Assembly: GCA_013239625.1 (NCBI GenBank)
Contig: MU056288.1
Span: 4,400,485-4,464,484 of the forward strand
DNA from: Lama guanicoe
Taxonomy: Eukaryota
Length of the DNA stretch: 64,000 bases
Direction: 5' to 3'
Below, in pieces: positions 25,722 to 36,485 of the stretch (positions are counted from its first letter, which is position 1; the number at the start of each line of letters is the position of its first letter). Position numbers and translations under genes: made by a program. The notes under the pieces were generated by a model, which had not been told where the DNA came from, did no database searches, and was given only the letters and a program-made list of their open reading frames with translations.

Positions 25722-27451
25722 TTCTACTTCCCTTTTTGCTGCACCCCATCACTTAGCAAGTCCTGTGAATCGTATCTGTAAGACAAGGCTTAGGTCACAC
25801 TCACTCTCGCTAGATTAACCTTTCGCTTACTCTTGCCTTGACTATTATAATAGTGTACCAGGCGGGTTCCATCCCTGAACTGATTCTTAAAATTATTGGC
25901 AAGTGATTTTGATGTCACAGTTTGGCTGATCATCCCTCTCCTTTTTGAAATCCTTCTGTACATCTCCATTGCCTATCAAACTTAGTTCAACTCTATTTTT
26001 AAAAAAAAGTAAGTTTATTGAGTACACTGTGTGACCTGAGCTACACAGGTATCATTCTACTTATTTCTCCAAGAAGTTTATAAAGTAGACGTTTGTATAT
26101 GAAATAGATCATTACAATGATAAAATATTAAAATAGTTCCATCAATTGTGGCTATACCACTGATTCAACAATCTCTTTTTAGGCAATAAAGAAAAATTAC
26201 ACTAAATATACATAATGACTGACTAATTTTTCTTGATTTCAAAAACATTAAAATGGGGAACAAAATGTGAATCTTAGAAACAAGGTAATAAAATATCATC
26301 CCATTTTAAGCAGTCAGTGTCCCTTCTTCCTTTGGTCGAGGGTTCCCATTTTTTAGGCTTATTTCCCTCTCTTCTCTTGATGTTCCTCACACTTGCCCAT
26401 TCCTGTGTCTTGGCCTTGATTTCTCCTCCACCAGGAATATTCGTTCCCCTTCTTCCACACGCCCAAAGACAGCGAGGCTGCAACACTCGGCTCTAACACA
26501 CCCTCCCTCGTTAACTCTTTACTGATTCCTCGAATGAAAATGACCTTTCATTCCTCCTGAATTCCATTTTGCACTCTGATATGCAACTACGCTTTGTACC
26601 TTGTGATCAGGTTATGTATACTCTCTCTCCACTAGACTACAAGTTTCTCTGAGACCCAGACTGTACCTCAAACATCCCTGCACAACTACCCGCCAGTGTC
26701 TCCCTCCTGCACCCCCACTAAGGCCTAGCAACCCTGTGCACATAATAAGCTCTTAGACATATTTATCAATTGGATGACTAATCAGAAAACATTTAGTGAT
26801 CTCCCTCTATCACTCATCCTGACCAAATGAAGATGGATGGTCCCCAAGCATGTCGCCACTACTCAGCCAAGAATCAAGGTGTAATACTTCAAGAAAAGTT
26901 CCTTCTCTTGCCACGATCAAGTCACAACTTGACGGGCCTTCACAGCTGCACTTTTTAAAGTGCTGCCCTTTTTATTTCTCCAGGAATAAAACTCCTTTTG
27001 AAGGGAACTCTTTAGAACATAGGCTAAACCGACCTTCCTTTTAAAAATATAAAATCCTTCTAAGCAACAAACAGAAGAAATGCCCTGTGTGCTAACATGG
27101 AACTTTTTTTTATCATCTTGTTCTTGCCATTTCCTGGAGGGGAGGTTGTTGTGGGAAACCTAAATATTTCTTGGCCTTGGCCCTTGCCCTGGTATTTCAT
27201 AAGAAAGTGTTACATTTAAAAAGGAAAGTATTTCACAGGCATTTTTTTTTTGTATTCCTCATTATGAGTCACAGACATTAGTAAATGATGCTGTAAAAAG
27301 TTCTGCTTGCTCTTTTTGCTTTATAGGATATAGCAGAATCTTGTGATGATCTAGTATACTACTAAAACTCTTCATCGCAGTGATAGAGCTTTCAAAAAAT
27401 TTAAAACATTCTCTTATTTAGTTCTCAAAACAACTCTTTGATGTAGGTATT

Positions 27452-27785
27452 AATATGGAATCTAAAAAAAATGATACAAATAAACTTATTTGCAAACCAG
27501 AAATAGACTCACAGACATAGAAAACAAACTATGGTTACCAAAGGGGAAAGGAGTGGGGAGGATAAATTAGGAGTTTGGGATTAACATATACACACTACTA
27601 TATATAAAGTAGATAAATAATAAGGCCCTACTGTATAGCACAGGGAACTATATTCAATCTTATAGTAGTGTATAATGGAAAAGAATATGAAAAAATACAC
27701 ATATATATGCAGCTGAATCACTTTGCTATACACCTGAAACTAATACATTATTAATCAAATATACTTCAATACAAAATTAAAATAC
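27452..27785 (+). mobile_element. L1 3' end inserted in a MIR
   Basis: AAATAGACTCACAGACATAGAAAACAAACTATGGTTACCAAAGGGG...CTGTATAGCACAGGGAACTATATTCAA; MIR halves on both sides. Confidence 0.85.
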
Positions 27786-29029
27786 ATATATACATATTTT
27801 ATGAATGAATCAACAGAGAATCATTCAAGAATCCTTTTACCCAAGTTCATATAGTTAATAAATGGCAGAGGCTGGGTTTGAATCCAGATCTTCTTACACC
27901 AGGACCTGAACCTTGTTCATAATTCTACAAGGGAGCTCATGCGAGAAACTAGTGCTTTAAAATGAGACCATTCATGGAAAAGTCTACAAACTGCCATCGT
28001 GTGCCTTTGAAAAACACCAAGAGCTTCTGGAGGGAAAAGAGTTTCGAGAGAAAAGAAACCAATCCTAAAGGCTTACAGACTGGACACACAAAAGTCTGTG
28101 TGGTATAAAAGTGTTTAAAGTGTTTCCTCAGCCCATTACTGTCTAGATTCTGAGGAAATCAGAATTCTCTACCCTCTCAAACCTCCTATTTCCAGCTTTC
28201 TGGCTTGGAATTCTGCCACAAGAAAACAGGTGGTTTGTGTCACCTCATATCTCAATTTCTGAAAAATCTGTCAACATCATCAATTCAGATAAATAGAGAT
28301 AAGACGTGAGGATCTGAAGGTTAGATCAATAGCTTTCCTGTCTTTTTAAGGAAACAGCTCTCTGTCTATCCACACGCTTAGCCAACGTATTGATTTATGA
28401 TGGCACCTCTGCTCAGGCCCACCTTGCCTAACCCCAAAATACACTGCATACACATGCCCTCTGGCAATCCTCCCTTCCCACTCCACTAGGGTTAGCATTG
28501 TTATTTGGCCAGTAATTATTAAAGGTGAAATGGGGAAACGTAGGTGTTCAGATCACACCAAGGAAATCTTTCAAGGAAACTTACGTTGGGTGACTCACAC
28601 TGAGTGAAATCACAAAAATTTATAAAAATATATGTTTCATCTTTATAATGACCTTGACAGATGGGCATAATTATTTCCATTTTATTTATGAGGCTCATAC
28701 GGAGGCTCAACAAAGTTAAATAACTCACCCAAGATCATACAGCTAGAAAGTAGTGGATCCAAACTTTCTTCTTTCAAAATTATGCTGTTACTGATTCTAC
28801 CACATTGCTACTCAGATCTATTTTTATGTGATAGTAAGATGTAGACAAAATTCAGTATAATATATCACCAGATTAACTTCACCAGGAAGCAGTAAATGTG
28901 GTAACAGAAGACAGAGAGAATAATCTAGACCTCCCATTGGTTTCCATTTCCCTCCTTCTCTCTGGAATTACTCTTAATTAAATTCTTAATTACAACCATC
29001 TATACACATGTCTAACACATTTGAACCTT

Positions 29030-29215
29030 AAGTTTATACTGTATAGCACAGAGAAATATATTCAAGATCTTGTAATAGCTCATGGTGAAAAAGAATATGA
29101 AAATGGATATATGTATATTCATGTATGATTGAAAATTGTGCTGTACACCAGAAATTGACACAACATTGCAAACTGACTATAACTCAATAAAAACAATATA
29201 AAAAGCATTAAAAAA
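29030..29215 (+). mobile_element. 5'-truncated young L1 3' end
   Basis: Same 3' UTR motif series, ending CTCAATAAAAA plus an A-rich tail. Confidence 0.85.
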
Positions 29216-29630
29216 TAGCCAAAAACAACAGTTCAAACATTCTATTGTTTTGAAGAAAACAACTACAACATACAAAAGATACTCTGAGATCCACCTGAGG
29301 GACAAGCTTCTCTGGGACCAGTGTGAGGCAGTTGTGTTCACAGTGCAGATAGGAAACCAGCCACTGCCTCTAAAACTATCTTCCATCAATTCCTGTGGTT
29401 CTGGACCATTGACCGATATCAGAAAGTTGATCACTTCAAAAATAACATACCCACAGCTGCATGCAATCAGGTATCTGGTAATTCCTGGAATGGTTTAGGC
29501 AAGTCCAGAGAACACTAAAGAAAGAAGAAACATGGCACTTAAATTGGTCATGGGGAAACTGAATCACGGTGGGTAAAGCTGTTCGGTTTGGACAGTATGG
29601 TGCCATCTTTGTATAAGAGTACTTGTTTAA

Positions 29631-30079
29631 AACTTACGGTTACCTGGGGAAAAGGGGGAGCGAAGGGATAAATTGGGAGTTTGAGATTTTCAAATACTCA
29701 TTATTATATATAAAATAGATAAAGAAAAACAAATTTCTTCTATAAAGCACAGGGAACTATGTTCAGTATCTTGTAGTAACCTATAATGAAAAATAATATG
29801 AAAATGAATATATATATGTATGACTGAAACATTATGCTGTACACCAGAAATGGACACATTGTAACTGACTATATACTTCAATAAAAAAAGCGTACTTGTT
29901 TATACCATACATAAAATAGATAAGCAACAAGGATTATTGTTTATTGTTTAGCACAGGGAACAATACCCGACAGCTTGTAATAACCTATAATGAAATATAA
30001 TCTGCAAAAAACCCCTGAATCACTATGCTGTACACCTGAAACTAATGCAAGATTGTAAATCAACTATATTTCAATAGAA
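29631..30079 (+). mobile_element. Two tandem L1 3' ends (29631-29887 and 29903-30079)
   Basis: Two copies of the L1 terminus, separated and flanked by three copies of AAGAGTACTTGTTTA (middle copy has one mismatch). Confidence 0.88.
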
Positions 30080-30454
30080 AAGAGTACTTGTTTAAGTAAT
30101 TATTTGAATGTCTTAATAGGTTTTATCCACAGACATGTATAAAAATGGGACTGAAAATGGAAAAATACTGGTACTATTGATAAGGATCGATTTCATAAAT
30201 TTGAAACAATTATGTTGAAGATGGAAAACAGTGGCCAAGCCAAAAGCAGAGAAACCTTTGTCTCAACCTGAGGATGGTTGGATGTCAGCCAGAACTCCAT
30301 GTGTCCGGGGGTGGGGGGTGGGGGAAGAATTAAAGAGCACAGACAAAATGCTGGAAATACACAACTGAAAGCTAGCTCTAAAAACAAGATGCGTTAAGGG
30401 ATTTTATGGCATTTTTAGCTCTTTGGCCCTAGGATGCTGTTTACAATAGGTGAG

Positions 30455-30905
30455 TCTATTACTCGCGTGTTGTGGACTAGTTCGCACTTTCACGAGCGCA
30501 CGATGTACAGACGTAGGTAGAGAACTGCCCGTACCTAGCTGTGCTGTCTCTGTGCCCATTCGTTTAAGCTCAACAAACAAACAAACTGCATGTCAGGGGT
30601 GAAGCCCGCAGAATAAGCGTAAGAACACTAAAACAACTTCAGGCCCAGGAGCCGGGGCACGCGGCCAGGTTTCTGCCCGCGACGAGCGGAGCCTGAGGCA
30701 GCCCCCCCCCCCCCCCCCCCCCCCCCCCCGAGAAGCCTTCGGGCGGCGGCCTTCCTTCAGCCGCTGCGGGGAAGAGAAACTAGATACACGAATTGCCTTT
30801 AAGTTCCCGTTTCGAAGAACAGCCAAGTAACCCCAGAGCACAACGTCCCACGCCGAGTCCCAGGAATTTCTTGGACTGGGATGAAGGTCCATCGGCGAGC
30901 GCCCA
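30455..30905. promoter_or_regulatory. Orphan CpG-rich island with C28 homopolymer (30702-30729)
   Basis: Dense CpGs in an otherwise CpG-depleted region; no associated coding exon recognised. Confidence 0.55.
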
Positions 30906-32214
30906 ATTCTGTCCCCAGTTTCCAGTCCAGGCTTTTTCTTCACTCAGACACCCAGAAGCCCTCTTTCCAGTGTGGTTTTATCTACCGGCCCTTACCTATC
31001 ATAATCAGACTTGCCTTCCCTCGAAGTAAATAGAGTGGAGAGGAAATGTCTACACCCCACGCCCCTTACTGGGGAATCCAAGCCTCAACTCACATCCTGC
31101 AAGCTCAGGATGGAACATGAATCCTTTTAACTACCTGGGCACAGGAGCGGACTATCAGGAGACTGCCAGCGGCCTCCGCACACTGCCACACTATTTACAC
31201 AGCTGATGGAAGTTTGCCCGGTTAAGGAATTTGGCTCTAGAAGATTCCCCTGCGAATTCCCAAAGAGCCCATTCACCCTGTCACAGCCGCACAGATGCCC
31301 GCGGAGATAGGAAGACTGGGCTTCATTTTCTCACTTCCTCTGTACACACCATAATTCTACACGTTTATTTAAAAGTGGGGGGTCGGAGAAGAGCTGGGGG
31401 AGCTACAAAACATAACATTATATGAGATATTTTCAGAAAATATTTTCGGTAAAGTCAACAACCCTCGGCCCCTGCCACTCAAACATTCCTCTGCTTCGCT
31501 CAGGAGTCTAAACTCTGCCCTTCGTGTTTGCAGACTCGAGGCACGGCTGGGACGTGACTCTCACAGAAAGTCAATCTTTCCAAGGCAGAGAGAGGGGAGA
31601 GCCCAGAGTCAATCAACTTTCAAAGCAGAGAGGAGAGAAACAGCCAAGCAGAAGCCCTAACCTTCCCCTCCTTTAATAATTCAAAGCCTTGCTATTAGCA
31701 GGGGAAGAGAAAAAGTGAGACAGGATTTTATCATGACAATAAGACACAGCAGAGGTGAGGAGCTGGAGGAAGTCATTTTCAGAAGACCTTCTTGATATTT
31801 GAAACATAAGGATGAATTTTTGTTCTGTCAATTATTAATATATGTTAGAAATGACAGTAAGCTGTTAATTTCTCGGACTCCCACTACTAACTTCGACAGC
31901 CCTGGCGGTCCAATCCTGCCAGCGGAGGGGCCTGCTTTTCCCAGCTGTGAATAACCTCTTTCACTAGGAAAATTGGTCAGGAAGCAAATCCCCATTTGGG
32001 AGAGGTGTATATGAGATGTAAATGCATATCCAAAATGTTCCCTTTCTTAAATTTCCTTTCCTTGGTGCTCACTTTCTCCTAACCTAAATAATTAATCATC
32101 CTATGATGCTCAAAGAAACCCCATCTAAATGAACTCAGCCTAAAAAAGGAGAAGAAGGAGAGGTAAGTGGTCCTCCCACGGATGGCCCCCTTCTCCCCTT
32201 CGGGGAAGGCAAAC

Positions 32215-32460
32215 GTATAGGCTCAAGGTTAAGGGCTGAGGTTTTGGTGTCAAACTCTTGAGTTTGACTTGACTCCACTAATGACTCTGAAACTTCGGAC
32301 AGATTACTTTCATCTCCATTTCCTTACTTGTGTCAATTTTCTTATTTGTAAAATGGGAACAAGCAGAGTTCCTAACTTCTAGGGTGGTTGTAAAGACTAA
32401 ACATAACACACCTTGACTAGTACCCGAAATAAAGTGAGCACTAAGTAGCTCACAATTACT
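32215..32460 (+). mobile_element. MIR SINE
   Basis: GGTTAAGGGC...TTTTCTTATTTGTAAAATGGG...AGGGTGGTTGTAAAGACTAAA. Confidence 0.75.
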
Positions 32461-33039
32461 ATCGTAGGCTTTTCCATTGCTAGACAGATTCCAGCAGACC
32501 ACACGAGGACGGAAGGCAGACAGCTGTGATTAGAGAGGAAAAGTCACAGACAGAAGAGTTCTGAACTGTTATTTGAAAAAGTAGAAAATTGAGTTACAAT
32601 TTGATTTTTTCCCAAAGATGTCTGTTAAATCTGTTGTGATTTTATATGAACTTTTCTTTCTTATAGTTTAAAATTGATCTTCTGGGGACTATAGCTGAAG
32701 TTCCCGAATACTTCATAAGAGTTTATCAGGCATCTCTGACTGGTCATGTCCAATTTATACACATAGTTTTCAAAATACTGCAGATTGTGAACAGCACATC
32801 ATATAAAATTACAGGGGGCTGAATCCTATATCCAGAGTACTCTACCAATATGTGTGTATGTGTGATACCAGAGAACCACTAAAAGGCCAGTTGCTTTTTA
32901 AATCCTGTTATGTAGCTCGAGTGTCCTGCCTTGACCAATTTAATGAGTTGATTAACTGAGCCTTTATATTTAACTCAGTAAAAAAAACTAAGCAGATGTG
33001 ACTTAAATTAAAAGTTTGTTGAATTAAAAAAAAAGATCT

Positions 33040-33447
33040 CTTTCTGTTCAGGATTGTTAAAATGAGTCTGCAGAAGCAAACGCTCAGTGACTTCTTAAAG
33101 CAAATTAAATTCTGAAGAGGATTATCGAGGGGTCCTGGCTGGCCTGGATGGCTACATGAACGTAGCAGCTCCATGGAGCAGATGGAAGAGGAGGTAAATG
33201 GACAACTGAAGGATACGTGCAGGGGTGCATTTATCCAAGGAAACCACGTGTTGTACGTAAGTACACAGACAAGAAGGATATGAAGACAGTGAGAGTACAA
33301 TACTTTTCATACTTGGATATGTTTTTTATTAAGTTTTTTTGGTTCTTGTGTCATATAGTTTGTCCTAGTTTATAATCATTGGTGAGTTTTTTCAGTGACC
33401 CATGAATAAGAAATGATAAAATTGTTGATTTAATTGTAAAAAAAAAA
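33040..33447 (+). pseudogene. LSM6: LSM6 processed pseudogene
   Basis: ATG 33062 to TGA 33283 gives MSLQKQTLSDFLKQI..DYRGVLAGLDGYMNV..EQMEEEVNGQLKDTCRGAFIQGNHVLYVSTQTRRI, matching recalled LSM6. Intronless, with an internal deletion and frameshifts/stop, a 3' UTR and an A-tail at 33438-33447. Confidence 0.93.
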
Positions 33448-33545
33448 GCAGATATAAGTTAAATAAAAAGTTTGAATTTAAAAAGAAAGATCTGTTAGTG
33501 GAGTAGAAACAAAAGAAAGACAGTCATCCTTTTACTACAAGTCTA

Positions 33546-33669
33546 GGGTGGAGAGGGTATAGCTCAGTGGTAGAGCACATGCTTAGCATGCACGAGGTCC
33601 TGGGTTCAATCCCTAGTCCCTCCACATAAAATAAGTAAATACCCTAATTACCCCCCCAATTCTTTTAAA
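33546..33669 (+). mobile_element. tRNA-Ala-derived SINE (vic-1-like)
   Basis: GGTATAGCTCAGTGGTAGAGCACATGCTTAGCATGCACGAGGTCCTGGGTTCAATCC plus the same tail; TSD AAGTCTA at 33539-33545 and 33670-33676. Confidence 0.9.
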
Positions 33670-36363
33670 AAGTCTAAACATGATGATATCATACTAGTGA
33701 TTATTTACAGGTTAATGATTTGTAAGAAGTTGAGAGAAAACAGTCTTTCTGTATGCATACAGAAATAATAGAATGCGCTTTATTTGAGAAATTAAGGAGA
33801 ACTTAGAAAAAGGCAATTTAAAAATGACCAAAGAATGAAAGAAAGAAAACAAGAAATGCCTAAAAAAGAGAAGGCTAATGAGCAAGCAACAAACCAACTT
33901 CATGCTCAGCTGATCTCCGTAATAATGCCGGTGTCTGGGGACAGAAATAACCTCATATTACAGGCTTTCTGTGATTCGGGGAGGGAATTGCACTATAAAT
34001 TACTATGTAGTCTGGGGATTGCGTTAGACTCACAGTGTAACTCTATCTCTGCCTTTACCCATCTCTGAAGGTCCAGCTTAAACCCTTTCTCATCCCCTCA
34101 AAGGAGAAAATTGGCCTTGTGGTTGAAAGAAAAGAGGCCAGAGTAGGGAAAACCCGGGTGGGGGTGCTGGAACAATCACTTATTAGCTATGTGGTGGTAG
34201 CTTATATAACCTTGCTGAACCTCAGTGTCCTCATGTGAAAAATGGGGGCTTCCAGCAGAACCTATCTCCGAGGGCTGTGTGAGCAGTCAACGTGAAAATG
34301 CACACTGGGGATAAAGGTCTCCCTTCCTGAGTAGCAGCAGGCAGAGCACAATCCAACTGTTCAATTTACAGGTAAAAAAACAAAGATCCAGAGAAGTTAA
34401 AATCTAGCCCAAGGTCATACAGTGAGTTAGTTTCAAAGCTACCTTTGAACCTAAAACTAAACCTAGATTAGAACCTATATCCTGATTCTTAATTCAGCAT
34501 TTTTGCTTCCACCTCCATGGAACTTTGAAATTTTCCCCCATGTGGATTTTGCCTTTTTCTGAACATTTTCAGAAAGTACCGTTTTCAACCAATACCATCA
34601 GTAGAGCACTTGGAGAGTCTCAAGTGATAAATTTGTTCCCTCAACTATATTATAAGTTCCTCGAAGTGATGAAAGAGGTTTCAGATGTCTTCTGTTTATC
34701 CACAGGTGTCTACTCAAATGCTGGGCGTGTAATATTGTTAACTGATAGATACAGTGGTTTCCTTAGGAAGAGGTTCTACTCTGAACAAAACGTTACTATG
34801 AGGAAGATGCTGACCAGCTGTTCAGGTCTGCAGAAGACTAGATCACATGAAATGGGGCTTGAACATGCCCAAAGAGACCCATAAAAAAATCAGCTGCAAG
34901 GGAATTTAAACACAGAAATACTGGAGCAAAGAAAGCAGCAGTCTCTCTCCTCATGTAAATATTTTTTTAAATAGTCTATTTTTAGATAAAAGTGGCTTGA
35001 CATAGGCCATTGGTTTCTAAGCTATAGTCAGTAAACCCCAAATATGGCAGAATTACTACAAAGGATTTGCAAATTGATTTGCACATTGAACATTTTAGAA
35101 TGAATAAATAATGTCTTGAGCGTATATACAATTCTTTTCCTCCCAAATGCACATGCAGTCCATTTTGATTTAATAAAATGTAAATTCTTTAAACACAGTG
35201 TGGATTTGGTTGTAATTTTTGTCCACTGTGTGTTTTTTTCAATCAGTAAAGCAGTGGCTAACATTTATGAGCATTTACAATGTGGCAAGGACAGAACTAT
35301 GTTATAGAGATTACTTTACCTCTTATTAGCAGCCAGAAGGTAGGTACAATTGTTATCACCATTGTATATATAAGAAACTGAGATTTGTAGAGTTTAATTA
35401 ATTCACACTTTGGTTTTACTGGCAGAAAATTATGGAGCTAGAATGTGACTCCAAAGTTTGTGGTACTGCCCATTGTTGGGCCACTTCCTAATTGACTGGT
35501 ATAAAACATTTTACCTATTTACATCCATGTATATGTATTTAGGTAGTGAGTGTTTACCCATGAAATTTGATGTTTAAAAAAGATCATCATATCTGTAAGG
35601 GTTAGTAACAGCACAAACTGGAGGTTCCAAGTGGCTCTGGAATAATTAGCTCTCTGACTTTAGGCAAGCCAGGTGCTCAGATCTAACAGATTCAACTGAT
35701 TGATTTCTAAGCTCCAAGAAATTCTATCATTCTATAATTCAGATCAGCATTTCCCAAAAAAGATTCTGCAGAATTCTGGTCATAAAGGATGGTCCACAGA
35801 AAAAGGTTTCCATTATCAAACAAGTTTGAGAAACATCATGAATCAAAAGAATCACCATATACAAAAGAGAATAACCTCTTCTGGAAATTTGTAATTACAC
35901 TTTCCCATATTAAAAGCTCTGAGAAGTCCTGCAGAGCACTAGATTACACAAAATTAAACATGTTCTCTTCTTGTAAGACTTCTCAACAAGGAAACTTTTT
36001 CATCCTGTGTAGCCCAACATACTGTAAAAATATTTGGGCATCAAATGTCTTCTGTACAGACATAACTATTTTCATGAAATTAATGCCAAAGAACACCTGT
36101 AGGTTATAACCTAACTCTGGCAGATAAAACATTTCTGAATTAATGTGGTAGGCTCACGAAAAGTGATTTCTGAGAGTCTTCCAAAAATTGTCATTCTGTA
36201 GCCGTACTGGCTTTCAGAAAGCTCTTTAGTCTAAAGGTATATTTATCTAAGGACTATACAGATTTAATTTTTTGTTTGTTTCTCTTCAAGCATGGAATAA
36301 AATTTTTATAACAATGATGCTTTGAAGATTATGTTCTTCTGTCCTTCAAAGTCTGTTCTAGAC

Positions 36364-36485
36364 CAATGGTTCTCAAACGTTACCATCATCAGAGTCACCT
36401 AGAAGGCTTGTTAAAGCAAGGATCATCGAGCCGACTGTGGAGCTTCTCATTCAGGAGATATGCAATGAGGCCCGAGAATTTACAC
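36364..36485. mobile_element. MER5-like hAT MITE fragment
   Basis: CAATGGTTCTCAAAC...CATCAGAGTCACCTAGAAGGCTTGTTAAA. Confidence 0.65.

Noticed and set aside
32908-33300. 130-aa minus-strand ORF
   Set aside because: Antisense of the LSM6 pseudogene; no independent support.
33551-33624. Apparent tRNA-Ala(AGC) genes (also ~8645 and ~45670)
   Set aside because: They have mismatched stems, a shared non-tRNA tail and TSDs, so they are SINE copies.
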